A stretch of DNA of 8,705 nucleotides from Octopus sinensis (Eukaryota): the NCBI RefSeq assembly GCF_006345805.1, contig NW_021828379.1, positions 1 to 8,705 on the forward strand, read 5' to 3'. This document shows, piece after piece, positions 7,920 through 8,705 of the stretch. Both the position numbers and the translations under genes were made by a program. Numbering within the stretch: position 1 is the stretch's first letter; each line of letters opens with the position of its first letter. Below the pieces are notes generated by a model. It had not been told where the DNA came from and did no database searches. It worked only from the letters and a program-made list of their open reading frames with translations.

Positions 7920-7958
7920 ATTTTTATATATGTATGTATGTATATATGTATATATATA

Positions 7959-8349
7959 CAGGATTGGCTGTGTGGTAAGTAGCTTGCTAACCAACCACAT
8001 GGTTCCGGGTTCAGTCTCACTGCGTGGCATCTTGGGCAAGTGTCTTCTGCTATAGCCCCGGGCGGACCAATGCCTTGTGAGTGGATTTGGTAGACGGAAA
8101 CTGAAAGAAGCCCGCCGTATATATGTATATATATATATATGTGTGTCTGTGATTGTCCCCCAACATTGCTTGACAACCGATGCTGGTGTGTTTACGTCCT
8201 CGTCACTTAGCGGTTCGGCAAAAAAGAGACTGATAGAATAAGTACTGGGCTTACAAAAGAATAAGTTCCGGGGTCGATTTGCTCGACTAAATGCAGTGCT
8301 CCAGCATGGCCGCAGTCAAATGACTGAAACAAGTAAAAGAGTAAAGAGT
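7959..8349 (+). mobile_element. Full-length main-family SINE, subfamily A (inner element)
   Basis: Complete head, central (TA)n at about 8109-8131 and tail ending AAGTAAAAGAGTAAAGAG. An identical 23-mer lies on both sides (7925-7947 and 8359-8381). Confidence 0.94.
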
Positions 8350-8384
8350 ATATATATATATATATGTATGTATGTATATATTTG

Positions 8385-8584
8385 TGTGTTGGTTGTCTTT
8401 GTTTGTCACCCCACCCCACCCCCAGCAAGCGATGCTGGGGTGTTTACGTCCCCGTAACTCAGCGGTTCCGCAAAAGAGACCGATAGAGTAAGAACTAAGC
8501 TTACAAACACTAAGTCCTGGGGGCAATTTCTTCGACTGAAACCCATGCTTCAGCATGGCCGGAGTGAAATGACACTAGTAAAAC
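8385..8584 (+). mobile_element. Diverged 3' half of main-family SINE (probable tail of the 7806 head)
   Basis: TTTGTTTGTCACCCC...GATGCTGGGGTGTTTACGTCCCCGTAACTCAGCGGTTCCGCAAAAGAGACCGATAG...CAGCATGGCCGGAGTGAAATGAC. Confidence 0.86.
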
Positions 8585-8705
8585 AATGTCAGCTGCGTCG
8601 ATGCTTCCTAGGGCTAAACAGCGGTGGTGTAATCCCCTACTGTCACGTTAAGCTGACAGTATACAACCATTATATCGCCCCACCACCGTACATATCTCTA
8701 TGAGA

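Noticed and set aside
308-8349. CRISPR-like or regularly spaced repeat array
   Set aside because: The repeats are 100-400 bp dispersed elements in both orientations with irregular spacing, and there are no cas-like ORFs.
8605-8661. 12-mer TCCTAGGGCTAA shared with about 5373-5384, and an 8-bp stem TACTGTCA/TGACAGTA (8638-8661)
   Set aside because: A chance 12-mer match is expected in a window this size, and the similarity does not extend. The hairpin lacks a following CTRR or other context.

Overview
AT-rich, repeat-saturated eukaryotic DNA, either intergenic or intronic. From recalled repeat sequences it most resembles an Octopus (coleoid cephalopod) genome; this is inference, not a database match. 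No intact protein-coding gene, RNA gene or CRISPR array is supported. Contents: (1) about ten full or partial copies of one tRNA-headed SINE family with a central (TA)n/(GT)n tract, in both orientations and in at least two subfamilies; (2) two other tRNA-derived SINEs with visible target-site duplications (TSDs); (3) a 5'-truncated, dead Tx1/L1-clade LINE ORF2 (RT C-terminal half plus CCHC knuckle) at about 2880-4410; (4) a 377-bp non-autonomous Helitron with all terminal hallmarks at 7213-7589 (-); (5) long microsatellites. The most notable pattern is that in three places a SINE has landed in the central TA-rich part of an older copy of the main SINE family. Also notable are a 62-bp near-perfect palindrome, a unique island inside a (TAA)n tract, and closely spaced inverted SINEs that could form dsRNA. 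I found no convincing evidence of a new biological system; the findings concern transposon dynamics.
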